This document shows, one piece after another, positions 1 to 12,559 of a stretch of 64,000 nucleotides of DNA. Numbering within the stretch: position 1 is the stretch's first letter; the number at the start of each line of letters is the position of its first letter. The notes below the pieces were generated by a model, which ran no database searches, was not told where the DNA came from, and saw nothing but the letters and a program-made list of their open reading frames with translations. Source of the stretch: Mobula hypostoma (taxonomy: Eukaryota); contig NW_026948140.1 in the NCBI RefSeq assembly GCF_963921235.1, positions 186,001 through 250,000 on the forward strand, given 5' to 3'. The position numbers and the translations under genes were made by a program.

Positions 1-720
1 CAAAATGCCTCATCGCCAGATCTCACCAACAGGCACCAAGACCTCCTCTGGCTGGCGGTGAGAGGGGCCCTCCAAGTCAGAGCCCTCCTGTACGCCCGGA
101 ACGTCGTCTCCGCACCCCACTGCCCACGGGAGGACTGCAGTGAGGAGGAGTCTGTGACCCACCTCTTTGCACACTGCCAGTTCGCAAAGAGGGTGTGGAG
201 GAGGATGGACGGGCTAGTGTCACGTTTTATCCCCAGCAACTGTGTAACAGAGGACTCTCTGGTCTACGGGCTGTTCCCGGGGACGCACACGGAGATCAAC
301 ATCCGGTGCTGCTGGCAGATCATCAGCTCGGTGAAAGACGCTCTTTGGTCGGCCCGAAACTTGATGATCTACCAGCACATGGAGATGTCCGTGGGAGAAT
401 GCTGCCGACTGGCACATTCTCGGCTGCAGGAGTACGTGCTGAGGGACGCACTGAAACTTGGTGCAGCCACCGCAAGAGCCCGGTGGAGAAGGACCATAAT
501 ATAGGTTTCTCCACCCGTGGGAGTGGGAGGGGTCGGAGGGCGGGGAGTATACCCCTCAACAATGATATGGTAAGCTGAACTACTGGAGTGCCACGTGGGT
601 GGCTATAAATACGGATATGTACTGACTATAATGGAAACGTATGTAAAGGATGAAAAGTTATTGAATGGTTTATTGTATATATTTATTTTTGAATAAAGTA
701 TATTTTAAAATAAAAAAAAA
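1..720 (+). mobile_element. 3' end of a Tx1/L1-clade non-LTR retrotransposon (ORF2 C-terminal zinc finger, 3' UTR, poly-A)
   Basis: Frame is open from base 1 to the stop at 504 and contains CPREDC-x-EESVTHLFAHC-x-FAKRVW (zf-RVT-like CCHC). AATAAA lies near 693 and an A-tail ends at 720. Confidence 0.8.
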
Positions 721-1236
721 TTCTCGTTTTAAAATAGCACCATTAGTATTTATTCTCCCTCTCCCCCCGAGAAAGAGCCTCGGCTATGGTGTGTGAATTA
801 ATGGCAGGGGTGCCATTTGATACAAGAAGAAAATGTCAACAAATTATTAACAATTGGTAAACTTGCCCCAAGATAAATCAAATGATAACCTGTCCCATCC
901 AAATGAAAAAAAAAGTGTGGCAAAATGCCGAAACACAGAAAAATGTGGCATCAAGTATTTCCCAAAACAATGTGGAAATTTACTCAATTGATTAAACCAC
1001 AAGCTCTGTCCAAGTGGAAGTGGGTGTAAATGAACAGAGGGGAATGAAATGGTGTTATTAATGATTGGATGACGAATTTTTTCCAAGTCATGAGGACATG
1101 GCTATTTGTGGTGGGGGAGAGTAATGCCCTGGTTCACATCTTTACTGTTGTGCTGTAGGTATTTCATTTTGCTGTTCTGTAAGAGCAGTCTGTTCTGCTT
1201 TCAGTCTGTTTGGGTTATTGTTGAAGATAAGGGATG

Positions 1237-1974
1237 ATGTGGAATGTGTGCCACCTGCAGCCCCCTGATAAGCCTCAGGCTCGCTCAGCTCACTGTCGTC
1301 TAGGGGGAGCAGCCTTTGGCCCCAACAAACTGGGTCATCAAGTTTTAGTGGATGCTGTGTGATGTACCCCATCCCGCCAAAAAACAGACAATACACCATA
1401 TGCGATTAAATGATTACATTTTATAGATCTTACTAGAACTATGTAATTAATAGAGATAAAATATAAAAGGAAAATAAAAGGCGCCAAAATTATCAAAGTT
1501 CAACCACTTCGGGCACAACAGTTGGAGCTTAAGTAACAGGGTATTCTTTCCACCATGCGATCCCCTCCGACCCCGTCGACCCGCCGCCTGGGACCAACCA
1601 CGGTGGTCGACCGGACGCTCCACACGAGTCTGTCCTCGTCTCCTCTCCTCGCCGAAGACCCTGGGCCTCGGACTCCCGCTCAGGGTCAGTCCCTCCGCCC
1701 AGGGTCACAGCATCGCATCTCCTCTCTCTGTCCCCATCGCGCATTTTCCCTCCAAGACCGCGAACAATAGCTTACAGACACACAAGAAAGAATAACATCT
1801 ATCCCAATTGGTTAACAAATGATTACAATACTCTTTATAACCCAAACAAGCTGCTAGAGAGAAAACTTTCTCAGCATTTGTTATCACATAAAAGCTATTT
1901 TAATTACGGTATAACATAACAAAGAAGCCATTTTGTTAGCCTTCGCAGTAACATAAAAGAACAAACCCCTTACA
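1237..1974 (-). mobile_element. LTR-like sequence (probable Gypsy-type solo LTR, left boundary uncertain)
   Basis: Ends in ...CCTTACA, i.e. TG on the minus strand. The reverse complement of 1385-1530 resembles 2200-2340. No TSD found. Confidence 0.45.
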
Positions 1975-1981
1975 CATCTAA

Positions 1982-2487
1982 TTAGGAGGCGTTTTCTTAG
2001 AGATGGACACTAAGGTTGGTCTTGGGTTTTTTTTTGGTTCGGCAGGAGATGAAGAGAAAAGATGCTGAGGAGATTAACCGGTCGTGGGATACGACCCGGT
2101 GGGAGAGCCGTTTGTTCGTTTGTTGCGAGCGACATTCGGAAGGTGGTGTGGACGTTCACACTGACCGAGGGCCCAGTGCGTGAGCGACAGAGGAGTTCAA
2201 GATGAGCTCCACCTTGTGCACATTTGACTGTTGAATTAAAATGGGCCATTTTCTTTTTGTTTTTCTTTATTAACCTCTTAGTGAAGATTCATAAATATAA
2301 TTCTTTTAATCGTATGCAGTGCACTGTCTGTTATTTCGTGGTACTAATTCGTAATATGGTAGGAAAATACACAGTATCCACAGAAACCGGGTTTTGGAGC
2401 TGGAGAGCTGTCTCACTCTCACGGGTTTGGCAGGACTGGGGAGTGTTTTCCCTAGACTTACGCTGTCAAGGAAACCAGGGGTTTTCA
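1982..2487 (+). mobile_element. Related LTR-like fragment in the opposite orientation
   Basis: Shares the block GAGCTCCA..TTGTGC..TTGAA..TTTAATCG.AT..TGTCTGTT with the reverse complement of the preceding element. Ends in CA. Confidence 0.45.
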
Positions 2488-2594
2488 ATATGTTCAGAGC
2501 ATTTCTGACTGGTTTCAGGATGGTGATGAGCTCAACCTCTGTTAAATTGCAGTTTAGATTTAGTTGTTTCTTTAATTGTTTAAATCAGTATGGA

Positions 2595-3455
2595 TTCGCA
2601 ACAACATCTCCTCCATGATCTCCACACAGATGCACCACAAGGCTATGTGCTCATTTCCCTGCTCTACTCGTTTTTCACTTGTGGCTAAGCACAGCTCTAA
2701 GGCCATATTCAAGTTTGCTGATGACATCACTGTCAAAGGTGGTGGTGAATCAGCTTACAAGAGAGACTAAAAATCTGGTTGAGCGGTGCTATCACAACAA
2801 TATCAGCAAGATCAAAGAGCTGATTATTAACTTCAGGAGAAGGAAATCAGAGGTCCAAGAGCCAGCCCTAACCGGCGGATCAGAGGTAGAGAGGGTTAGC
2901 AACTTTAAATCAGAGGACCTATCGTGGAGCCAGCATGAAAGTGCAATTATGAAGAAAGCACTCTACTTTCTTAGGAGTTTGCGGAGATCTGGCATGACAT
3001 TTGAAACTTTGACAAACTTCCATAGATGTGGTGGGGTGTATATTGTCCGGCTGCATCAAAGCCTGGTATGGAAACACCAATATCCTTGAACAGAAAATCT
3101 GACAAAAAGTAATGGATAGAGCCCAGTCCTTCACGGGTAAAGTCCTTCCCACCATTGAGCACATCTACAGGAAACGCTGTCACAGGAAATCATCATCCAT
3201 CATCAGGGTTCCCCACCACCCAGGACATGCTGTCTTCTTGCGGCTGCTATCAGAAAGAAGGTACAGGAGCCTTAGGTCTCACACCACCATGTTAAGGGAC
3301 AGTTACTACTCCTCAACCATCAGGCTATTGAACCAAAGGGGATAACTTCACTCACCTTCATTTGCTATATCTTCGAAATGATCCCACCGTCAATGGATTC
3401 GCCTTCAAGGACACTTCATTTCATGTTCTCGATATTTATTCTAATTTATTTATTT
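2595..3455 (+). mobile_element. Rex1/Babar-type LINE, degenerate RT C-terminus and 3' UTR
   Basis: Translations include KHSSKAIFKFADD, KELIINFRR, LYFLRSLRR and HHPGHAVF..SERRYRSL, with frameshifts. Confidence 0.8.
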
Positions 3456-3459
3456 ACTA

Positions 3460-4983
3460 AGTATGTATTTACTAAGAAAACAGGCATGAAGTCTATGGAA
3501 TTAAGAGAAACAAGTAGTGAGGTCATGGAAACTGTACAGATTGAAAAGGAGGAGGTGCTTGCTGTCTTGAGGAAAATTAAAGTAGATAAATCCCCGGGAC
3601 CTGACATAGAGTGTTCCCTCAGACCTTGAAGGAGACTAGTGTTGAAATTGCGGGGGCCCTGGCAGAAATATTTTAAATGTCGCTGTCTACAGGTGAGGTG
3701 CCGGAGGATTGGAGAGTGGCTCATGTTGTTCCGTTGTTTAAAAAAGATCGCAAAGTAACCCAGGAAATTATAGGCTGGTAAATTTAACATCGGTAGTAGG
3801 TAAGTTATTGGAGGGAGTACTAAGAGACAGAATCTACAAGCATTTGGATAGACATGGACTTATTAGGGAGAGTCAACATGGCTTTGTGCATGGTAGGTCA
3901 TGTTTGACCAATCTATTGGAGTTTTTTGAGAAGGTTACCAGGAAAGTGGATGAAGGGAAGGCAGTGGATATTGTCTACATGGACTTCAGTAAGGCCATTG
4001 ACAAGGTCCCGCATGGGAGGTTAGTTAGGAAAATTCAGTTGCTAGGTATACATGGAGAGGTGGTAAATTGGATTAGACATTGGCTCAATGGCAGAAGCCA
4101 AAGAGGTGGTAGTAGAGAATTGCTTCTCCGAGTGGAGGCCTGTGACTAGTGGTGTGCCACAGGGATCAGTGCTGGGTCCATTATTTTTTGTCATCTATAT
4201 CAATGATCAGGATGATAACGTGGTAAATTGGATCGGCAAATTTGTTGATGATATAAAGATTGGAGGTGTAGTAGACAGCGAGGAAGGTTTTCAGAGCCTG
4301 CAGAGGGACTTGGACCAGCTGGAAAAATGGGCTGAAAAATGGCAGATGAAGTTTAATACGGACAAGTGTGAGGTATAAGAGCTGGAATATTATGATGAGG
4401 TTGTATAAGGCATTGGTGAGGCCGAATCTGGAGTATTGTGTTCAGTTTTGGTCACCAAATTACAGGAAGGATATAAATAAGGTTGAAAGAGCGCAGAGAA
4501 GGTTTACAAGGATGTTGTCGGGACTTGAGAAACTGAGTTACAGAGAAAGGTTGAATAGGTTAGGACTTTATTCCCTGGAGCGTAGAAGAATGAGGGGAGA
4601 TTTGATAGAGGTATATAAAATTATGATGGGTATAGATAGAGTGAATGCAAGCAGGCTTTTTCCACTGAGGCAAGGGGAGAAAAAAACCAGAGGACATGGG
4701 TTAAGGGTGAGGGGGGAAAAGTTTAAAGGGAACATTAGTGGGGGCTTCTTCACACAGAGAGTGGTGGGAGTATGGAATGAGCTGCCAGACGAGGTGGTAA
4801 ATGCGGGTTCCTTTTTAAACATTTAAGAATAAATTGGACAGATACATGGATGGGAGTTGCATGGAGGGATATGGTCCGTGTGTAGGTCAGTGGGACTAGG
4901 CAGAAAATGATTTGGCACAGCCAAGAAGGGCCAAAAGGCCTCTTTCTGTGCTGTAGTTTTCCTATGGTTTCTATGGTTTCTAT
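3460..4983 (+). mobile_element. CR1 LINE, 5'-truncated (subfamily with a CTATGGTTT tail)
   Basis: RT motifs [26 protein letters not shown] and RPNLEYCVQFW. 3' tail (CTATGGTTT)n. Confidence 0.95.
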
Positions 4984-4992
4984 TATTTATTA

Positions 4993-5360
4993 GCTGTACA
5001 AGATAATGAAAGGCATTGATCATGTGGGTAGTCAGAGGCTTTTCCCCAGGGGTGAATTGGCTAACACAAGAGGGCATAGGTTTAAGGTGCTTGGAAGTAG
5101 TTACAGAGTAGATGTCAGGGGCAAGTTTTTTACGCAGAGAGTGAGTGGTGAGTGCGTAGAATGGGCTGCTGGTGGCAGCAGTGGAGGCAGAAGCAATAGG
5201 GTATTCTTAGAGACTCCTGCATGGCTACATGGAGCTTAGGAAAATAGAGGGCTATGGGTAAAGCCTAGGTGGTTCTAAGGTAGGGGCATGTTTGGCACAG
5301 CTTTGTGGGCCAAAGTGCTTGTATTGTGCTGTTTGTTTTCTATGTATCTATGTTTCTCTG
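4993..5360 (+). mobile_element. CR1 3' fragment
   Basis: QRLFPR..TRGHRFKV..FFTQRV followed by a CTATGT-type tail. Confidence 0.85.
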
Positions 5361-5857
5361 TTTCTTTCTCTATTTATCGTTTGTTGTCTTCAGGTAGAAC
5401 TTTGAACTTGTTTTAGGAACAGAGAAGGGAGTTAGATGTCAGGTTAGCGTTTAGGAACAGAAATGTAGGGGAATTAGAGGTTGGAATGGAGTCTAAGACC
5501 AGCAACATGGACTTGGGGCATCTGTGATCGGATGTTGGACTGGCAGAGGGTGGTCCAAAGCCCCTCAGGGCCATGAGATTGTTGACAGATTCCAGAGACT
5601 GAGTTACACACTAGTAGGAATTCCATGCAACCCGGAGGAATGAGTTTCATGCGGGATGAAGGAACAAGTTCCAACCATCCTCTGGTTATCACGAAAAGAC
5701 AGGTTTGGATTTCCTGGCTTGGTGTTCAATGTTCAGTGAGACCTGGAAGTCTTTTTGCAGGATTCCCTGAAGATTAACTTGTATGTTAAGTGGGTAGAAA
5801 GGAAGGCAAATGCAATGTTAGCATTTATTTAGAGAGGATTAGAATAAAAGAGCAAGA

Positions 5858-6217
5858 ATGTATAAGATGATGAGAGGCATTGATTGTGTGGAAGGTCAGA
5901 GGCTTTTTCCCATTCCTGAAATGGCTAACATGAGGAGGCATAGTTTTAAGGTGCTTGCAAGTAGGTACAAGGGGGATATCAAAGGTAAGTTCTTCACACA
6001 GAGAGTGGTGGGTGTGTGGAATGCACTGCCAGCAACAGTGGTAGAGGTGGATACAATAGGATCTTTTAAAAGATTCTTAAATAGGTACATGGAGCTTAGA
6101 AAAATAGAGGGCTTTGTGGTAGGGAACTTCTGGGCAGTTTCTAGAGTAAGTTACATGGTCGGTAAAACATTGTGGGCCGAAGGGCCTGTATTGTGCTGTA
6201 GATTTCTATGTTCTATG
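5858..6217 (+). mobile_element. CR1 3' fragment inserted into an older CR1
   Basis: ORF 5858-6220 is the CR1 C-terminus. TTCTATG tail; ATGTA at both junctions. Confidence 0.85.
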
Positions 6218-7222
6218 TAATGCTGAGGCTTTATGAGGCATTGGTAGAGCACATATAGAACATGTTGAGAAGTTTTGGGCTCCTCATCTAAGAAACGATG
6301 TACTGACATTGCAGAGGGTTCAAAGGAGCTTCAGGAAAATGCTTCCAGGATTGAAAGGCTTGTCATATAAAGAGCGTTTGATAATTCTGGGCCTCTACTC
6401 ACTGGAATTCAGAAGAATGTGGTGTGCCTCAGGGATCTGTACTGGGTCCAATGTTGTTTGTCATATATATTAATGATCTGGATGATGGGGTGGTAAATTG
6501 GATTAGTAAGTATGCAGATGATACTAAGACAGTTGGATTAGTGAATAATGAAGTAGGTTTTCAAAGCTTGCAGAAAGATTTAGGCCAGTTAGAAGAGTGG
6601 TCTGAAAGATGGCAGATGGAGTTTAATGCTGATAAATATGAGGTGCTGCATTTTGGTAGGACTCATCAAAATAGGACATACATGTTAAATGGTAGGGCAT
6701 TGAAGAATGCAGTAGAACAGAGGGATCTAGGAATAATGGTGTATAGTTCCCTGAAGGTGGAATCTCATGTGGATAGGGTGGTGAAGAAAGCTTTTGGTAT
6801 GCTGGCCTTTATAAATCAGAGCATTGAGTATAGGAGTTGGGATGTAATGTTGAAATTGTACAAGGCATTGGTAAGGCCAAATTTGGAGTACTGTGTAGAG
6901 TTTTGGTCACCAAATTATAGGAAAGATGTCAACAAAATTGAGAGTACAGATAAGATTTACTGGAATGTTACCTGGGTTTCATCTCCTAAGTTACAGAGAA
7001 AAATTGAACAAGTTGTGTCTTTATTCTTTGGAGCGTAGAAGGTTGAGGAGGGACTTGATAGAGGTATTAAAAATTATGAGGGGGATAGATAGAGTTGACG
7101 TGGGTAGGGTATTTCCATTGAGAGTGGGGGAGATTCAAACAAGAGGACATGAGTTGAGAGTTGAAGGGCAAAAGTTCAGGGGTAACATGAGGGGGAACTT
7201 CTTTACTCAGAGAGTGGTAGCT

Positions 7223-10009
7223 CTGTTCTTGTGCAGATTGTTATTAATGAATATCATATAGTTGAGATCACAGAGACATGGCTCCAGGGTGACCAAGGAT
7301 GGGAGCTCAACGTTCAGGGATATTCAATATTCAGGAGGGATAGACATGAAAGAAAAGGAGGTGGGGTGGCGTTGCTGGTTAAAGAGGAGATTAACGCAAT
7401 AGAAAGGAAGGACATAAACCGGGAAGATGTGGAATCGATATGGGTAGAGCTGCGTAACACTAAGGGGCAGAAAACGCTGGTGGGAGTTGTGTACAGGCCA
7501 CCTAACAGTAGTAGTAAGGTCGGAGATGGTATTAAACAGGAAATTAGAAATGTGTGCAATAAAGGAACAGCAGTTATAATGGGTGACTTCAATCTACATG
7601 TAGATTGGGTAAACCAAATTGGTAAAGGTGCTGAGGAAGAGGATTTCTTGGAATGTATGCGGGATGGTTTTTTGAACCAACATGTCGAGGAACGAAGTAG
7701 AGAGTAGGCTATTCTGGACTGGGTTTTGAGCAATGAGGAAGGGTTAATTAGCAATCTTGTCGTGAGAGGCCCCTTGGGTAAGAGCGACCATAATATGGTG
7801 GAATTCTTCATTAAGATGGAGAGTGACATAGTTAATTCAGAAACAAAGGTTCTGAACTTAAAGAGGGGTAACTTTGAAGGTATGAGACGTGAATTAGGTA
7901 AGATAGACTGGCAAATGACACTTAAAGGATTAACGGTGGATATGCAATGGCAAGTATTTAAAGGTTGCATGGATGAACTACAACAATTGTTCATCCCAGT
8001 TTGGCAGAAGAATAAATCAAGGAAGGTAGTGCACCCGTGGCTGACAACAGAAATTAGGGATAGTATCAATTCCAAAGAAGAAGCATACAAATTAGCCAGA
8101 AAGTGGCTCACCTGAGGACTGGGAGAAATTCAGAGTTGAGCAGAGGAGGACAAAGGGCTTAATTAGGAAGGGGAAAAAGGATTTTGAGAGAAAACTGGCA
8201 GGGAACATAAAAACTGACTGTAAAAGCTTTCATAGATATGTAAAAAGGAAAAGACTGGTAAAGACAAATGTAGGTCCCCTGCAGACAGAAACAGGTGAAT
8301 TGATTATGGGGAGCAAGGACATGGAAGACCAATTGAATAATTACTTTGGTTCTGTCTTCACTAAGGAGGACATAAATAATCTTCCAGAAATAGTAGGGGA
8401 CAGAGGGTCCAGTGAGATGGAGGAACTGAGCGAAATACATGTTAGTAGGGAAGTGGTGTTAGGTAAATTGAAGGGATTAAAGGCAGATAAATCCCTAGGG
8501 CCAGATGGTCTGCATCCCAGAGTGCTTAAGGAAGTAGCCCAAGAAATAGTGGATGCATTAGTGATAATTTTTCAAAACTCGTTAGATTCTGGACTAGTTC
8601 CTGAGGATTGGAGGGTGGCTAATGTAACCCCACTTTTTAAAAAAGGAGGGAGAGAGAAACCGGGGAATTATAGACCGGTTAGCCTAACGTCGGTGGTGGG
8701 GAAACTACTAGAGTCAGTTATAAAGGATGTGATAACAGCACATTTGGAAAGCGGTGAAATCATCGGACAAAGTCAGCATGGATTTGTGAAGAGAAAATCA
8801 TGTCTGACGAATCTCATAGAATTTCTTGAGGATGTAACTAGTAGAGTGGATAGGGGAGAACCAGTGGATGTGGTATATTTGGATTTTCAAAAGGCTTTTG
8901 ACAAGGTCCCACACAGGAGATTAGTGTGCAAACTTAAAACACACGGTATTGGGGGTAAGGTATTCATGTGGATAGAGAATTGGTTAGCAGACAGGAAGCA
9001 AAGAGTGGGAATAAACGGGACCTTTTCAGAATGGCAGGCGGTGACTAGTGGGGTACCGCAAGGCTCAGTGCTGGGACCCCAGTTGTTTACAATATATATT
9101 AGTGACTTGGATGAGGGAATTAAATGCAGCATCTCCAAGTTTGCGGATGACACGAAGCTGGGTGGCAGTGTTAGCTGTGAGGAGGATGCTAAGAGGATGC
9201 AGAGTGACTTCGATAGGTTGGGTGAGTGGGCAAATTCATGGCAGATGCAATTGAATGTGGATAAATGTGAAGTTATCCACTTTGGTGGCAAAAATAGGAA
9301 AACAGATTATTATCTGAATCTGTAGGAAGAGGTGCAGTCGATGTTTCAGGCCGAGACCCTTCGTCCGATGAAGGGTCTGGGCCTGAAACATCGACTGCAC
9401 CTCTTCCTACAGATGCTGCTTGGCCTGCTGCGTTCACCAGCAACTTTGATGTATGTTGCTTGAATTTCCAGCATCTGCAGAATTCCTGTTATTATCTGAA
9501 TGGTGGCCGATTAGGAAAAGGGGAGGTGCAACGAGACCTGGGTGTCATTATACACCAGTCATTGAAAGTGGGTATGCAGATACAGCAGGCGGTGAAAAAG
9601 GTGAATGGTATGCTGGCATTTATAGCGAGAGGATTCGAGTACAGGAGCAGGGAGGTACTACTGCAGTTGTACAAGGCCTTGGTGAGACCACACCTGGAGT
9701 ATTGTGTGCAGTTTTGGTCCCCTAATCTGAGGAAAGACATCCTTGCCATAGAGGGAGTACAAAGAAGGTTCACCAGATAGATTCCTGGGATGGCAGGACT
9801 TTCATATGAAGAAAGACTGGATGAACTGGGCTTGTACTCGTTGGAATTTAGAAGATTGAGGGGGGATCTGATTGAAACGTATAAAATCCTAAAGGGATTG
9901 GACAGGCTAGATGCTGGAAGATTGTTCCCGATGTTGGGGAAGTCCAGAACGAGGGGTCACAGTTTGAGGATAAAGGGGAAGCCTTTTAGGACCGAGATGT
10001 TTCTATGTT
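7223..10009 (+). mobile_element. CR1 ORF2, near full length (APE endonuclease + RT), pseudogenised
   Basis: ITETWL, GGGVAL, VYRPP, GDFN, SDHN, then RT with KFADD. In-frame stops and frameshifts present. Confidence 0.95.
9320..9488 (+). mobile_element. Fold-back Penelope-like mini-insertion with a 13-bp TSD
   Basis: TTATTATCTGAAT at 9307-9319 and 9489-9501. Inverted arms of ~48 bp. The tail matches the Penelope 3' ends at ~13870-13985 and ~29925-30045. Confidence 0.85.
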
Positions 10010-10101
10010 AATGAGCTTCCAGCAGAAGTGGTTGAGGCAGATTCAATGTTGTCATTTAAAGTTAAATTGGACAGCTATATGGACAGGAAAGGAATGGAGG
10101 G

Positions 10102-10947
10102 TGTTACGTATCCCGTAACTGGGTTGCCAAACCAGCAGAAATGGACCACATAGTTGGAGTCTGGATTACTGGAACTAAGAAAGTTTTATTAAAGAAATAA
10201 ACAACACAGTACTCTAATCAAAAGGATATAAATGCAACAGTTTAGCAATGATAAAACACACATGTACACAGAACTAGGATAATAGGATCAATCAAGCTCT
10301 ATCGCAGTCTAGGGGTAAATGATCAGTTTCAAGTGACGCAAAGTTCAGTTCAATTTAGTTCAGTTCAGTTCACAGTAATCGCTGTTGTGCCGTTGGGGCG
10401 GGGAGAAGAGAGAGAGCGAAAGCGAATGAATATTCAAAACGGATTCCAAACAGACCTTCGATATTCCTCGCAGTTAGCTTTCGAGCAAGCCCTTTGTAAT
10501 GTCTTCTGAGGTCACCGACTGTGACCCCTCCGTTCCAGATACGATCGTTCTTCTGCGGTGAACCCGGCACCCAGGCAAGGGCGGACACACACACCAGGTT
10601 CCCGCCCGACCGTATCTTTCCACCTTGTGCGTCTATGGCTGGTCCCGCGACCAGACCTCCAAAACACACACCAACTTGTGGGGGCACACCGCTTCCAGGG
10701 TCTCGTTACCTCGTGGTGTCATGTGTCTGTTGCCTTAGCGAACCTGTCCCTTTTTATCCCCCTGCTGGGGTATCGCCTCTCCATCAGACTTCAAACAGTT
10801 CAGATTTCAAAGCCACCGGTCTCTGACAATACTCGGAACTGTGTCTCCTTTTTGTTAATCCCTCTCGTCTCTCATTAACATTTCTGAATGTTCCCCCATT
10901 GTCTTCTTTTTGGCATCAATCTTCTGATAATTTGGTCTGTCGTCACA
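10102..10947 (-). mobile_element. Solo LTR related to the Gmr1-like provirus LTRs
   Basis: TG...CA ends. TSD AGGG at 10098-10101 and 10948-10951. The terminal ACCAGCAGAAATGGA..GAGTCTGG block is shared with the LTRs at 16952 and 25119. Confidence 0.9.
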
Positions 10948-11590
10948 AGGGTTAAGGGCTGAGTGAAGGTCGGTGGGACTAGGTGAGAGTAAGAGTTCGG
11001 TATGGCTTGAAGGGCCGAGATGGCCTGTTTCTGTGCTGGTAATTCTTATATGGTTACATGGAATGAGGTTAACCTCATTGAAACCTATCAAATCTTGAAA
11101 GGCCTTGATGGAGTGGATGTAGAGGGGATGTTTACTGTCATGGGAGAGTCTAAGACCAGAACACACAACCTCAGAATAGAAGGACATCCTTTCAAAACAG
11201 AGATGAGGAGGAATCTTCCAAGCCAGAAAGTGGTGAATCTGTGGAATTTGTTGCCACAGGCAGCTGTGGAGGCCAAGTCTTTGGATATATTTCAGGCAGT
11301 GGTTGATATAATTTTCATTAGTCAGGGCATGAAGGAATACGGGGAGAAGGCAGGTGATTGGCACTGAGAGGGAAAATGGATGATCCCCCATAAAATGGCA
11401 GAGGAAACACGAGGGGCAATACGGCCAAATTCTGCTCCTATACCTTATGAAAACTACGCGCAATTCTCCAAGTGAGGCCTCATCAGTGCAATATAAAGCC
11501 TTAATGTTACACTCTTGCATTTATATTTTAATTCACTTGAAATTATTGCTAACATTACATTTGCCTTCCTCAGCATTGACTCAATCTAAA

Positions 11591-11833
11591 CAGGGCATCA
11601 TAGTAGTGGTTAGAACATAGAACATAGAATTGATCCAGGATCCATTACTTCCACTGTCTGTAAGGAGTTTGTACATTCTCCCTGTGACGGCATCGGTTTT
11701 CTTCAGGTGCTCCGGTTTCCATTGTAAATTCTCCTGTGATCAGGGTCAAATTCGCGGAGTTGCTGGTCGGAGTGGCTTGAAGGGACTGAAGGCCTATTCT
11801 TTGCAGTATCGCAATAAAATAAAATAAAATAAA
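11591..11833 (+). mobile_element. V-SINE-like (shark/ray HE1-type) SINE, degenerate
   Basis: Central GTAAGGAGTTTGTACATTCTCCCTGTGAC..GGTGCTCCGGTTTCC block, CR1-like 3' part, (TAAAA)n tail. Confidence 0.7.
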
Positions 11834-12042
11834 CCTGCAAATTAACCTTTTCGGGAGTGTTTAAACTAATTTGGCAGGGGATGGGAACTGGAGTAATAGT
11901 GCCGAGGATGAGGGAGTTGGTTTACAAACAGAGGCATTGTGTAGTAAGACTCCCAGTAAAGAGCGGCTGATGACAGGGCAAAATTGCAGTCAACAGGATG
12001 AGATGCAGCAAAAAAGGCAGACAAAATTGAAAAGGGCAAATA

Positions 12043-12559
12043 AAATAAATGAAATGAAATATCTTTATTGTCATTGCATAGTACAATTTGTCATGCACCA
12101 ATACAATGAAAAAGAGTTTGCAACTCTCATACTCAATGCTATCAAACAACAAATAAAATTTAAAAAAAAATTAAATGAGGTAACCAGCCAGTACAAGCGA
12201 TGTCCAGCAGTACAAAAGCACAACTCAGATGCATGACAGCCATAAAACCAGTATTAAAGCAGCAACATAACAAATTTATGGATGATGCTTGATCGATTGG
12301 TTCAGAGCAATTATAGTTCTGCGAAAAAAATATATTTTCAGTCTGGAAGTGCGGGCATAGAAAATCTTATAATGTCTACCAGATGGAAGAAGTTCAAACA
12401 GATGATTGCATGGGTGTGTATTGCCCTTATAGATGCTTGTAGCTTTCCTCAGGCAGCAAGAGCTGTCGGTGTCCTCCAGGACTGGGAACTGTGTCCCGAT
12501 GATCTTCTGTGCGCTAGAGATGACCCACTGAAGTGCTTTCCTATCAGCTGTATTTGTAT
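12043..12559 (-). mobile_element. Rex1/Babar-type 3' fragment
   Basis: RKALQWVISSAQKII..HPCNHLFELLPSGRHY. CAAATA at both junctions (12037-12042, 12560-12565). Confidence 0.8.

Larger units (their letters stand above)
6420..11060 (+). mobile_element. CR1 fragment (6420-7222, 10010-10101, 10952-11060) interrupted by another CR1 and a solo LTR
   Basis: [21 protein letters not shown] breaks at 7222 and resumes as AATGAGCTTCCAGCAGAAGTGG at 10010. Confidence 0.85.
5760..11449 (+). mobile_element. Old CR1 3' fragment split by nested insertions (pieces ~5760-5857, 6218-6419, 11061-11449)
   Basis: The pieces join into continuous CR1 sequence. GAATG is repeated at 6415-6419 and 11061-11065. Confidence 0.75.

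Noticed and set aside
700..800. Site-specific Tx1 target (U2 snRNA, tRNA or 5S) after the poly-A
   Set aside because: The flanking sequence does not resemble those RNAs as far as I can recognise.
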